This document shows, piece by piece, positions 17,113-27,299 of a stretch of DNA of 64,000 nucleotides. The stretch lies in contig CBDEUK010000002.1 of NCBI GenBank assembly GCA_965243205.1, forward strand, positions 64,001-128,000. Direction: 5' to 3'. The position numbers and the translations under genes were made by a program. Each line of letters starts with the position of its first letter. The stretch's first letter is position 1. Source of the stretch: Gammaproteobacteria bacterium (GTDB lineage Bacteria > Pseudomonadota > Gammaproteobacteria > Eutrophobiales > Eutrophobiaceae). A model generated the notes under the pieces. The model was not told the DNA's origin and did no database searches. It was given only the letters and a program-made list of their open reading frames with translations.

Positions 17113-20100
17113 ATGACAGCACTTCAAAAACTACTTGATTCATTTCGAACGGCGGCAGTGACCGAGCGAGAGAAAGGCACATATTTTGAAGAGCTGACAA
17201 GAACATATCTGCGCCATGAAGCGACCTATAGAGACCTGTATAGCGATGTCTGGCTTTACGCTGATTGGGCAAAAGAACAAGGCATTGACGGCAAAGATAC
17301 CGGCATAGATTTAGTCGCGAAAACCAATGGAACTGACGAATTCCATGCCATTCAGAGCAAGTTCTATGCAGAGGACTATCGCGTCCAAAAGTCAGACATC
17401 GATAGCTTCTTTACGGCTTCCGGCAAAAAGCCTTTCACGCACCGCATCATCGTCACGACGACCAATAATTGGAGTGAAAACGCCGAAGATGCTTTGCAGG
17501 GGCAGCAACCGCCAGTCTCAAAAATAGACCTATTTGATTTGGAAAACAGCCAGATCGATTGGTCTAAGTTCCAGCCCAACCAAAAGCCGGTACTGAAAGA
17601 AAAATATGGTCTACGAGCGCATCAGAAAAAGGCGCTCAGTGAAGTTAAGGCAAATCTAAAAAACGCTGATCGCGGCAAAATGATCATGGCTTGTGGCACG
17701 GGAAAAACCTTTACAAGTCTACGGGTGGCCGAGGATTTGGCCGGTAGCGGTAAACGTGTCTTGTTCTTGGTGCCGAGCTTGGCTTTGCTGTCCCAAACGC
17801 TAACGGAATGGACGCAACAAAGCCTTATTCCTCTTCATAGCTTTGCGGTTTGCTCAGACAGCGATATCGGTAAGAAACGTAAGAAAGATGACGATGTTGT
17901 GCAGACCTTTATGCACGAACTTCGCTATCCGGCGACCACGAATGCCAAATCGCTTGCCGATGAGATGGCGAAACGGCATGACGCAGCGCACATGAGCGTC
18001 GTGTTTTCGACCTATCACTCTATTGCTGTTATCAGCGAGGCACAAAAAAAGCATGGTCTTGGCGACTTCGACTTGATTATCTGTGACGAGGCGCACCGCA
18101 CAACCGGAGCGACCTTTGAAGGGGAAGAAGAAAGCAAATTCGTCAAGATTCACGATAACAGCTTCATTCGTGGCAAGAAGCGAATTTACATGACTGCCAC
18201 CCCGCGTATCTATGGAGATAGCGCACAGGCCTCGGCGGAAAAAGACAACGTCGCACTTTGCTCAATGGATGATGAATCCCTTTATGGCAAGGATTTGCAT
18301 GTTATTACGTTTTCCGAGGCGGTCGAACGTGGCCTCTTGGTGGACTACAAGGTCATTGTATTGACCGTAGATGAAGCGCATATCAGCAAGCGACTGCAAA
18401 GCCTTTTGGCAAACGAAAATAATCAGCTCAAGGTCGATGATGCGGCCAAAATCGTAGGGTGTTGGAAGGCACTCAGTAAACAGGATCAGGAAGACGGACT
18501 TGCCGATGATAGTGATCCTATGCAACGCGCCGTTGCATTTTGTCAGGTCATTGAAGCAACAACCGGAAAAAAGACCCACAAAGTCAGTTCAAAGAATATA
18601 GCCAACATGTTTCAGGCTGTTGTGGAGGCGTATCAGGAGCAGGAAGAAGATCACAATACGCTTGTCTGCGAAGCGGCACATGTAGATGGCAGCATGAACG
18701 CTACGGAAAAGGAGGCGAAGCTCCAATGGTTAAAGCAGGAAACCCCTAAAGACACATGCCGAATTCTTAGTAATGTTCGCTGTCTTTCCGAAGGTGTAGA
18801 TGTTCCGGCGCTCGATGCCGTCCTCTTCCTAACGCCGCGCAATTCACAGGTTGATGTTGTTCAGTCTGTCGGGCGCATTATGCGAAAAGCCCCAAACAAG
18901 ACGCGGGGCTATGTAATTCTGCCCGTTGTGATCCCAACCGGTATGGAGCCTTCTAAGGCGCTAAACGACAACAAAATCTACAAAGTGGTCTGGGAAGTTC
19001 TGCAAGCCTTGCGCTCACATGATGATCGCTTTGACGCGATGATCAACAAGCTGGACTTAATCGGAAAAGACAATCGCAAAATGGAAGTGATTGCGATTAC
19101 AGACAAGATTAAGCCGAAAGCAAAGAAAACCACGGGAACGAAAAACAAAGATGCGGGAAAGCGAAGCTATTCGATAGGCGAGAAGGAAGCCGAGTATCAA
19201 CCCAGTCAAAGTGAATTGCAGTTCGAAGTTGGAGAAATTGAACGCGCCCTCTATGCCAAGGTTGTTCAGAAATGCGGCAACCGTAGTCACTGGGAAGACT
19301 GGGCAAAGGACATTGCGAAGATCGCAAAAACCCATATTACGCGTATTACAACCATTGTCACGGATTCAAAGAACAAGAAAGAAGTGGCGGCATTTCAGTC
19401 TTTCGCCAAGGAACTACGGGATGACCTGAACGACAGCATTACGGATGGCGAGGTGATAGAGATGCTAGCGCAACACCTCATTACCAAGCCCGTGTTTGAT
19501 GCCTTGTTCAAGGAGTATAGCTTCGCCAGCCATAACCCAGTATCGCAAGCGATGCAAAAGGTTCTGGATATATTGCAAGAACACAGGCTGGACAAAGAGG
19601 CCGATACCCTTGAGAAGTTCTACAACAGCGTCCAGATGCGAGCGGAGGATATTGATAGCGCGGAAGGGAAGCAAAAGATCGTAGTCGAGCTATACGACAA
19701 ATTCTTCCGGAACGCATTTCCGAGAATGACCGAACGACTCGGCATTGTTTATACGCCGGTTGAGGTCGTGGATTTCATCATTCACAGCGTTAATGACGTG
19801 CTGCAATCCGAATTCGGCCAAACATTAGGAAGCAAAGGCGTTCACATTATTGATCCGTTCACGGGAACCGGCACGTTTATTACGCGGATGTTGCAAAGCG
19901 GGCTTATCAGTAAGGAACAGCTACCTCATAAGTACAAGAACGAAATTCATGCAAACGAAATTATCTTGCTGGCTTATTACATCGCAGCGATAAATATTGA
20001 AGCGGTTTATCACAGTCTCGTTGGCGGCGACTATCAACCCTTTGAAGGCATTTGCCTGACCGATACGTTCCAGCTCTATGAAAAAGACGACATGGTGAGC

Positions 20101-22005
20101 AAGTTGATGGTGGACAACAGCGCTCGACGGACTCGGCAAAAAGAGTTGGATATTCGGGTGATCATGAGCAACCCGCCATACTCCGCCGGTCAAAAAAGTG
20201 AAAATGATAATAATGCAAACATAGCCTACAGCAATTTGGATGGGCGCATTCACGATACATACGCAGCGCATTCAACAGCTACTACTACCAAAACTTTGTT
20301 GGATTCATATATTCGTTCGATGCGTTGGGGAAGCGACCGTTTGGGTGACAGTGGCGTTATGGCATATGTCAGCAATGCTAGTTATTTGGATGGCAACTCT
20401 ATGGATGGATTACGAAAGTGCTTACGCGAAGAATATAGCAGTCTCTATGTATTTCATCTGCGAGGCAATCAGCGCACATCTGGAGAGCAGTCGCGTAAAG
20501 AGGGAGGAAAAATATTTGGGTCTGGGAGTCGCGCCCCTATAGCGATAAGCCTGTTTATCAAAAATCCAAATAAAGAAAAACGCGGGAATATTCACTTTTA
20601 CGATATCGGCGACTATCTAAGCCAAGATGAAAAGCTTGCAATCGTTTCTGAGTTTAAGAGCATAAATGGTATTGCCGCTGATGATGCTTGGCAAACCATT
20701 AAGCCCGATAAACACAATGACTGGCTTAACCAACGAGATGACAGTTTTGACGAGCATATAGCGCTAGGGAGCAAAAAGGATAAGACTGCTAAAGCGTTAT
20801 TTGAAACATATTCACAGGGATTGCAAACGAGCAGGGATGCGTGGTGTTTTAACGCTTCGAAAAAAGTTCTTCAATCCTGCGTCAAAAGAATGATCGACTT
20901 TTACAACTCAGAAATTGTTCGACTTGAAGAATATAGAAAGGAACATCCAGATACAAAAGCTAGCCAATTTGTCACTAAAGATTCAAAGAAAATAAGTTGG
21001 TCGAGTAGCCTTTATCCAAAAGTGGACAAGGGAATTTTGGCTTCGTTATCACTGAAAAGCATCGTCAAATCGCACTACAGGCCTTTTGAAAAACAGTGGC
21101 TTTTTTATGATGACATGTTCAATCACCGACAAAGCAAAATACCGAATATATTTCCGGCAGAAGGTTTTGACAATTTGGTGATTTGTGTAACCGGCACTGG
21201 GGAAAGCAAGGAGTTTTCTGTATTCATCAGTGATTCCATACCAGAGTATAAGACGCATTATAACTGCCAAAATTTTCCGCTAAAAATATATGAAAAAAAT
21301 ACGGAGACCTCTGCCAATGATCTTTTCGCGCCAGAGGCGGGGGAAGAGGATTATATTGTCAAAGACGGAATTACAGATGTTGGGCTTGCGCATTTCGAAT
21401 CGGCTTATCCAAAGGAAAATATCACTAAGGAAGATATTTTCTTCTATATCTATGGCTTGCTACATTCGAAAGACTATCGAACTCGCTATGAAGATAACTT
21501 ATCAAAGCAACTGCCGCGCATACCATTTGTAAACACCGCTAAAGACTTTTGGGCATTTAGCGAAGCAGGAAGAAAGCTTAGTGAATTACATGTGGGATAT
21601 GAAGACGCTGATCTTTACCCAGTAAAGTTGGAGGGCAATCCCAATACCGATAAAGATTACTATGTTACAAAAATGAAGTTCGGTAAGTCTGGCAAAGAAA
21701 AGGACAAAACCACGATCATCTATAACGAGCATATCACTATCAAAAACATTCCGGTCGAAGCGTATGAGTACGTAGTGAATGGGAAGCCCGCTCTCGAATG
21801 GGTCATGGAACGCCAATCCGTTAAGACTGACAAAGCCAGCGGAATAATTAACGACGCCAATCTCTACGCTATTGAAACAGTTGGCAATGCGAAGTATCCC
21901 TTAGAATTACTTCAACGAGTGATAACGGTAAGTCTGGAAACGATGAAGATCGTAAAGACGTTGCCACCGTTAGATATTGACGTTGCCGGTCAGGGGGGCG
22001 CATGA
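17113..22005 (+). CDS. Type ISP restriction-modification enzyme (LlaGI/LlaBIII-like)
   Basis: Mrr-like nuclease (DTGIDLV..IQSK), SF2 helicase (MACGTGKT, DEAH, TATP, QSVGR), N6-MTase (DPFTGTG, NPPY) and C-terminal TRD in one polypeptide. Confidence 0.92.
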   Translation: MTALQKLLDSFRTAAVTEREKGTYFEELTRTYLRHEATYRDLYSDVWLYADWAKEQGIDGKDTGIDLVAKTNGTDEFHAIQSKFYAEDYRVQKSDIDSFFTASGKKPFTHRIIVTTTNNWSENAEDALQGQQPPVSKIDLFDLENSQIDWSKFQPNQKPVLKEKYGLRAHQKKALSEVKANLKNADRGKMIMACGTGKTFTSLRVAEDLAGSGKRVLFLVPSLALLSQTLTEWTQQSLIPLHSFAVCSDSDIGKKRKKDDDVVQTFMHELRYPATTNAKSLADEMAKRHDAAHMSVVFSTYHSIAVISEAQKKHGLGDFDLIICDEAHRTTGATFEGEEESKFVKIHDNSFIRGKKRIYMTATPRIYGDSAQASAEKDNVALCSMDDESLYGKDLHVITFSEAVERGLLVDYKVIVLTVDEAHISKRLQSLLANENNQLKVDDAAKIVGCWKALSKQDQEDGLADDSDPMQRAVAFCQVIEATTGKKTHKVSSKNIANMFQAVVEAYQEQEEDHNTLVCEAAHVDGSMNATEKEAKLQWLKQETPKDTCRILSNVRCLSEGVDVPALDAVLFLTPRNSQVDVVQSVGRIMRKAPNKTRGYVILPVVIPTGMEPSKALNDNKIYKVVWEVLQALRSHDDRFDAMINKLDLIGKDNRKMEVIAITDKIKPKAKKTTGTKNKDAGKRSYSIGEKEAEYQPSQSELQFEVGEIERALYAKVVQKCGNRSHWEDWAKDIAKIAKTHITRITTIVTDSKNKKEVAAFQSFAKELRDDLNDSITDGEVIEMLAQHLITKPVFDALFKEYSFASHNPVSQAMQKVLDILQEHRLDKEADTLEKFYNSVQMRAEDIDSAEGKQKIVVELYDKFFRNAFPRMTERLGIVYTPVEVVDFIIHSVNDVLQSEFGQTLGSKGVHIIDPFTGTGTFITRMLQSGLISKEQLPHKYKNEIHANEIILLAYYIAAINIEAVYHSLVGGDYQPFEGICLTDTFQLYEKDDMVSKLMVDNSARRTRQKELDIRVIMSNPPYSAGQKSENDNNANIAYSNLDGRIHDTYAAHSTATTTKTLLDSYIRSMRWGSDRLGDSGVMAYVSNASYLDGNSMDGLRKCLREEYSSLYVFHLRGNQRTSGEQSRKEGGKIFGSGSRAPIAISLFIKNPNKEKRGNIHFYDIGDYLSQDEKLAIVSEFKSINGIAADDAWQTIKPDKHNDWLNQRDDSFDEHIALGSKKDKTAKALFETYSQGLQTSRDAWCFNASKKVLQSCVKRMIDFYNSEIVRLEEYRKEHPDTKASQFVTKDSKKISWSSSLYPKVDKGILASLSLKSIVKSHYRPFEKQWLFYDDMFNHRQSKIPNIFPAEGFDNLVICVTGTGESKEFSVFISDSIPEYKTHYNCQNFPLKIYEKNTETSANDLFAPEAGEEDYIVKDGITDVGLAHFESAYPKENITKEDIFFYIYGLLHSKDYRTRYEDNLSKQLPRIPFVNTAKDFWAFSEAGRKLSELHVGYEDADLYPVKLEGNPNTDKDYYVTKMKFGKSGKEKDKTTIIYNEHITIKNIPVEAYEYVVNGKPALEWVMERQSVKTDKASGIINDANLYAIETVGNAKYPLELLQRVITVSLETMKIVKTLPPLDIDVAGQGGA

Positions 22006-24005
22006 GTAATGTCAATATAAAAAGGGCTGTAGAAAACATACGTTCTGGCACGACCGTCTATACGCCGCTTGTCGAGATGATCGTTAATGCGATTCAGGCC
22101 ATCGACAGTAAAAAGACAGAGGACGGTGAAGTTCAGGTAATCGTCAAGCGCTCCGGCCAAGAGGACATAGAAAACAAAATCCCGCCGGTAGAGAGCTTCC
22201 TAATCACGGATAACGGTATCGGATTTACCGATGAAAATCGGGATTCATTTGATACGTTGTACTCAGACTTCAAGATTTCGCAGGGCGGAAAAGGTTTCGG
22301 GCGTTTTACATGCTTACGATACTTTGAGGATTTGCACGTCGATAGCATTTATTCCGAAGGTCAGGCATTCAAACGCCGAAAATTTTCGATGGGGAGAGAC
22401 AATGACATCATTGTTAGTGAAAAAATCGAAGATACAGGCGAAAAGAGTTCTAAAACAACCGTAACGCTTTCATCGGCCAAGGACGGCAAGTTCACCGATA
22501 AGAAGCTATCAACCATTGCCAGAGTCTTGGTTGAGAAGTTGTTGCCGTATTTCATTGCACAAGACTATTCCTGTCCGAAAATATCGCTCATAGATGAGGG
22601 GAAATCGGAGGGCATTATCCTCAATGAGTTCGTCAGCAATGAGCTATCCGGCTTGATTAAGGAGATGAATGTTGCCGATGGCCACTATTCACTGAAAGGT
22701 ACACACGCGGATCATCAATTTTCAGTGCGCGTGTTCAAGTTCTATTCACCCAAGAGCCAGCGTAGCAAGATTAGCTTGGTGGCTCATAGGAGGGAGGCGA
22801 CTGATACAGCTATTCACAACTACATTCCAGAGTTTATCGATGAGTTTTACGATAAGGACGATACCGGATCGGATGACGTCGAGAAAAACTATATCGTAAA
22901 GGCGTATGTGTTTAGCGATTATCTCGATGACAACGTATCGCTGGAACGTGGTGGCTTCGAATTCCAAAAAGACAATGATCTTTTACTGGGCGTTTCTCAA
23001 AGTGATATTGAAAGTGCTGCCGCACAGATCGCCAAAGAAGCTGTTGGCGAAGATATTGTGGCGCGTCAGGAACGGAAGGTGGAGCGTGTTCGCTCATACG
23101 TTGAAGAGGAAGCACCGTGGCACAAGGCGATCATAGCAAGCGTTGATCTATCAACAATGCCGTACAAACCCTCTGATGCGGAAATAGAGGCTTTGCTACA
23201 AAAGGAGAAATACAAGCAAGAGGTTCAAATAAAGGGCAAGGTCAATAAGTTGCTCAATGAAGCCACGATTGACGATCTAAAGACCGATGTGCGCGAGATC
23301 GTCAATCAGATATCCGAAACAAGCAAGAATGACCTCATCCACTACATTGCCTTGCGCCGTGATGTGCTGAACCTCTTCGAAAGAAACTTGGAGCTTGATC
23401 CAGACGGTCAGTATTCGTCCGAAGGCACAGTGCATGACATCATCTTTCCGCGACGGCAAGACGACGAAGGCACATTCTTTGAAGAACACAACTTATGGAT
23501 CATTGATGAACGTCTGAATTTTACCAACTACGTTTCGTCGGACTTGCCCCTCAATGGAGGCAACTCGGAAAGACCGGATTTACTGGCCTACGATAACCGT
23601 GTGCTATTCAGGGGTGACAATGAGGCCAGCAATCCCGTCACAATCTTTGAGTTTAAGAAACCGCAGAGAGATGACTTCGTAAATCCTTCATCCAAGGAAG
23701 ATCCGGTTCAGCAAATCGTCCGGTACGTGAATAGCATTAAGGCCGGTGATTACAAAACACCAAAAGGCCGGAAAATACTGGTTGCTGAAAATACGCCATT
23801 CTATGGCTATGTGGTTTGTGATTTAACCAGCAAGGTAGAAAAGTGGCTTGAAACTGAGAAGGACTTCAAGCCGATGCCGGATGGCCTTGGATGGTTTCGC
23901 TGGCATGGAAATATCAACTTGTATATCGAAGTCATTAGTTGGGACAAAGTTCTGAAAGATGCAGGTATGAGAAACAAAATATTCTTCAAGAAGTTGGGAA
24001 TATAA
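22002..24005 (+). CDS. GHKL (HATPase_c/MORC-like) ATPase with C-terminal PD-(D/E)XK nuclease
   Basis: EMIVNAIQA, DNGIGF, GGKGFGRF Bergerat motifs; C-terminal ERPDLL...IFEFKKP; ATGA overlap with the R-M gene. Confidence 0.82.
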   Translation: MSNVNIKRAVENIRSGTTVYTPLVEMIVNAIQAIDSKKTEDGEVQVIVKRSGQEDIENKIPPVESFLITDNGIGFTDENRDSFDTLYSDFKISQGGKGFGRFTCLRYFEDLHVDSIYSEGQAFKRRKFSMGRDNDIIVSEKIEDTGEKSSKTTVTLSSAKDGKFTDKKLSTIARVLVEKLLPYFIAQDYSCPKISLIDEGKSEGIILNEFVSNELSGLIKEMNVADGHYSLKGTHADHQFSVRVFKFYSPKSQRSKISLVAHRREATDTAIHNYIPEFIDEFYDKDDTGSDDVEKNYIVKAYVFSDYLDDNVSLERGGFEFQKDNDLLLGVSQSDIESAAAQIAKEAVGEDIVARQERKVERVRSYVEEEAPWHKAIIASVDLSTMPYKPSDAEIEALLQKEKYKQEVQIKGKVNKLLNEATIDDLKTDVREIVNQISETSKNDLIHYIALRRDVLNLFERNLELDPDGQYSSEGTVHDIIFPRRQDDEGTFFEEHNLWIIDERLNFTNYVSSDLPLNGGNSERPDLLAYDNRVLFRGDNEASNPVTIFEFKKPQRDDFVNPSSKEDPVQQIVRYVNSIKAGDYKTPKGRKILVAENTPFYGYVVCDLTSKVEKWLETEKDFKPMPDGLGWFRWHGNINLYIEVISWDKVLKDAGMRNKIFFKKLGI

Positions 24006-24020
24006 GTAGATGAGGAAGCA

Positions 24021-26615
24021 GTGTCCGTCCTGAAAGAAATACTTGAGTGGTCTTCCGAGCGCCCAACTTGGCAGCGTGATGCTTTACGCCGCCTAGTTCT
24101 CAACGACGAGCTTTCGGAGGATGATGTTCGAGAGCTTGGGAAAATCTGCAAAGGGGCGCACGGTCTGAGTGAACAACAGGATGCTTTGCCCCTAACGAAA
24201 GATCATATACCTACAGCAGACACCACCTCATCTCAAGTTGTCCTAGACTCAATCTTTCATCATCGCGGGGTCAACGCGCTGGCCGAAAACCAGACCTTGC
24301 ATTTTTCTCCTGCTCTTACGGTTGTATATGGTGACAATGCCGCAGGTAAGACCGGATACATCAGGATTCTGAAAAGCGCCTGCCGTGCTAGAGGGCAAGA
24401 GAACATACTTGGTAATGTTGTGTCCGGTAGTACCCCTCATACACCAACCGTTTCAATCAAATACAAGATTGGAAACCAGTCGGAATTGCAGGAATGGGCT
24501 GGTGAAGGCGAAGATGATTTTATCGCTCGCGTAAGTGTTTTCGACACTCAATCTGCGGCTGTCTATCTAACAGAGAAAACAGATGTTGCATTCAGGCCAT
24601 TCGGTCTTGATCTTTTCGATAAACTGGTAAAAGCATGCAAGGCTGTTCGGTCAAATCTGGAAAGGGAACAACGTGCACTAAACACAAACGATCTGTTTGC
24701 ATTACAGAGTCAGATACCAGACGGTACGCGGGTTGCAAAACTGCTTACGGGTATTTCATCGTTGACAAAACCAGAGGCCGTGCAGTCACTTTCACAATTT
24801 TCCGAGGAAGAAAAATCTCGCTTTGCATTGCTGGAAAAATCTTTGCAGGATTTGCAAGCCAATGATCCGGAAAAGTTAGCACGGCAAATGACACTCCGTG
24901 TAAGTCGCATACGAACCCTTGTTAAACATCTTCAATCAGTAGAAAGGATTCTTTCGGAAGAATCGATTTCCACAGTGTTCGATGCCAGAACGGAGGGGCG
25001 TCGCAAGAGTGAAGAAGCAAAAAGGCTTCGTGAAGCAACATTTCCAAAAGGAGTGCTTGAGGGAACAGGCTCGGAGATTTGGTCCCAACTATGGGACGCT
25101 GCACAACGATTTTCCGAAGAATCAGCCTATCAGGGTCAAGAGTATCCAGTTGTCGAAAATGATGCCCAGTGCGTTCTATGCCAACAGGAGCTAGATGACG
25201 CAGCGACCCTGAGACTCAAACAGTTCCAGACATTTGTAACGTCTACAACTGAGCGTGAGCTTCGTGAGTTGCGCGAGAAATACGCCAAAGCGAAACAGGA
25301 GTTTGTGGATTTTCAGACCAATAATGAAGTAATCCAAGAGACGATCAAGGAAATCCGTATTGAGGACGAAGAATTTGCGAATGCCGTGTCCACCGCATTA
25401 GATAGCAATGATCACCGTCGCACAAATATCGTAAACGCTTTGAATGAAAATCAGGATATTTCATCGGATTGTCCAGAAATGGTAGCAATATCTGGTGAGG
25501 TTGAGGCATTAGCTGGCCAGCTTGAAGAACGTATTAAAACTCTTAGTGGCAGTATCAAAGCGGACGAGAAAAAGCGCATGGACGCAGAGGTGCTGGAGTT
25601 TCGTGCCCGCAAGATACTAGCGGAGCATGAGGAAATCGTACTTAATGAAATCGAGCGAAAGAAAAAGTTGGCAGCGTATGAGCTATGCCTCAATGATACT
25701 AAGACGCAATCAATTACCCAGAAAAGCACGGCTGTTACAAAAAAATTCGTCACAAGTAAGCTTAAGGACAGTTTCAGCGACGAATTGGAAAATCTTGCTT
25801 TTCGTCATGTTGAGGTGGAATTGAAAGAAGCCGGAGGTACAGAAGGAGTTCTGTATCACAAGCTTATTTTGACTCGCGCACCAGGCGTGGAATTACCGCG
25901 TGTGGTGAGTGAAGGTGAGCAGAGGTGCTTGTCTATTGCAGCGTTTTTTGCGGAATTAAGTACCGCAGATGATCCGTCAGGTATTGTGTTTGACGATCCT
26001 GTTTCATCGCTTGATTACAAATGGCGCGAAGGTGTTGCTAAACGACTTGTCTTAGAATCGCAGCAACGCCAAGTTATTGTCTTTACCCATGATGTTGTAT
26101 TTTTGCTTCTGCTTAAGCAGTTTTCGGAAGAGTTGGATGTTGACCAACTAGATCAACATGTAAGGCAACTTTCTATCGGCGCGGGTGTTTGTGCGGAAGA
26201 GCTACCGTGGGTTGCATTACCGATAAGGAAGAAGATTGGATTCCTAAAAAACCAGTATCAGGGCGCGGAAAAGTTGCATCGAGATGGACACCAAGGAGCT
26301 TACGAAAAGGAGGCTAGTTATATATATGGCCTTCTTCGAGAGGCATGGGAGCGAGCGCTCGAAGAGGTGCTGTTAGGAGGGGTAGTAGAAAGGTATCGCC
26401 CTAGTGTCCAGACGCAGCAGGTTATACAAGTTGCAGACATAACGGACGATGACTGCAAGGCTTTAAGCGCGGCAATGACGAAATGCTCCAAATGGTTGAC
26501 CGGTCACGATCAAGCAGCGGCAGCAAGAGCAGAACTTCCTGAGCCAGATGCTCTAAAGGCGGATATCGAAGAGTTGGAAAACTGGGTATCAGCCATTCGC
26601 AAGCGCCGCAATTAG
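24021..26615 (+). CDS. SMC/Rad50-like ABC ATPase (AAA_13, RloC-like architecture)
   Basis: Walker A GDNAAGKT, coiled coils with CVLC zinc hook, signature SEGEQR, Walker B FDDPVSSLD, H-loop FTHD, helical C-terminal domain. Confidence 0.8.
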   Translation: MSVLKEILEWSSERPTWQRDALRRLVLNDELSEDDVRELGKICKGAHGLSEQQDALPLTKDHIPTADTTSSQVVLDSIFHHRGVNALAENQTLHFSPALTVVYGDNAAGKTGYIRILKSACRARGQENILGNVVSGSTPHTPTVSIKYKIGNQSELQEWAGEGEDDFIARVSVFDTQSAAVYLTEKTDVAFRPFGLDLFDKLVKACKAVRSNLEREQRALNTNDLFALQSQIPDGTRVAKLLTGISSLTKPEAVQSLSQFSEEEKSRFALLEKSLQDLQANDPEKLARQMTLRVSRIRTLVKHLQSVERILSEESISTVFDARTEGRRKSEEAKRLREATFPKGVLEGTGSEIWSQLWDAAQRFSEESAYQGQEYPVVENDAQCVLCQQELDDAATLRLKQFQTFVTSTTERELRELREKYAKAKQEFVDFQTNNEVIQETIKEIRIEDEEFANAVSTALDSNDHRRTNIVNALNENQDISSDCPEMVAISGEVEALAGQLEERIKTLSGSIKADEKKRMDAEVLEFRARKILAEHEEIVLNEIERKKKLAAYELCLNDTKTQSITQKSTAVTKKFVTSKLKDSFSDELENLAFRHVEVELKEAGGTEGVLYHKLILTRAPGVELPRVVSEGEQRCLSIAAFFAELSTADDPSGIVFDDPVSSLDYKWREGVAKRLVLESQQRQVIVFTHDVVFLLLLKQFSEELDVDQLDQHVRQLSIGAGVCAEELPWVALPIRKKIGFLKNQYQGAEKLHRDGHQGAYEKEASYIYGLLREAWERALEEVLLGGVVERYRPSVQTQQVIQVADITDDDCKALSAAMTKCSKWLTGHDQAAAARAELPEPDALKADIEELENWVSAIRKRRN

Positions 26616-26621
26616 AGTAGC

Positions 26622-26801
26622 TCAAGGGCATGGTGCCCTTGAAGCCAGTTCATTTTGAATATTCTCGATGGATGCCAGTGCGTTTCTGCGCTGATGAGTA
26701 TCAGGCTCACTTCTCGCAAGTTCGTTAAACGCCTCTCTCAAATATGCGTGCAGCTCGTTTTTGTTCTTGGCTGCCAGTTCAAATCGCGTAACCAGTGTCA
26801 T
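26622..26801 (-). CDS. Small hypothetical protein (59 aa, absent from the ORF track)
   Basis: CAGGAGG RBS; MTLVTRFELAAKNKNELHAYLREAFNELARSEPDTHQRRNALASIENIQNELASRAPCP*. Confidence 0.65.
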   Translation of the reverse strand: MTLVTRFELAAKNKNELHAYLREAFNELARSEPDTHQRRNALASIENIQNELASRAPCP

Positions 26802-27299
26802 TGTTACCTCCTGTTCTTGGAGGCCGCGACCATCGCGGCCTTATCAGTGGCCGCTTGTGCGCAGGAGGTCATGATTTGCACCTATGGTCGAAATATATGG
26901 AGAAGCGTGTCCGAACAGGATCGGCACGCTTGCTGGTCTATGGCTTACTGATGCAACGAATAGGTCACTCGAAAAGGCCGCAGGTTGCGGCTGGAAAGGA
27001 TGGAGCGTTACGAGTAATCGGTACGCATTGAAGGACAGTCATCGAAGATGAGCGGCCATCAATGGAAGAGAAGGAAGTATTCACCTTGCAGGTGAGCATG
27101 ATAGATCGAGAAGCAATTGAGGGGCATTGCATCCCCTCTGAATAAAGAAAAATGACGGTTTCCAGCGGAGCCAGACCCTCCGCAATTTTTCTGGATTCTT
27201 TCACCCCCGCCTAGTCGGCCTAGTCGCCAGAGGTTCATGAGCAGCGCACCACAAGCGGTGCTTGTAAGAACCTCAACAGCGAATTTAGGAGCAAAGACG

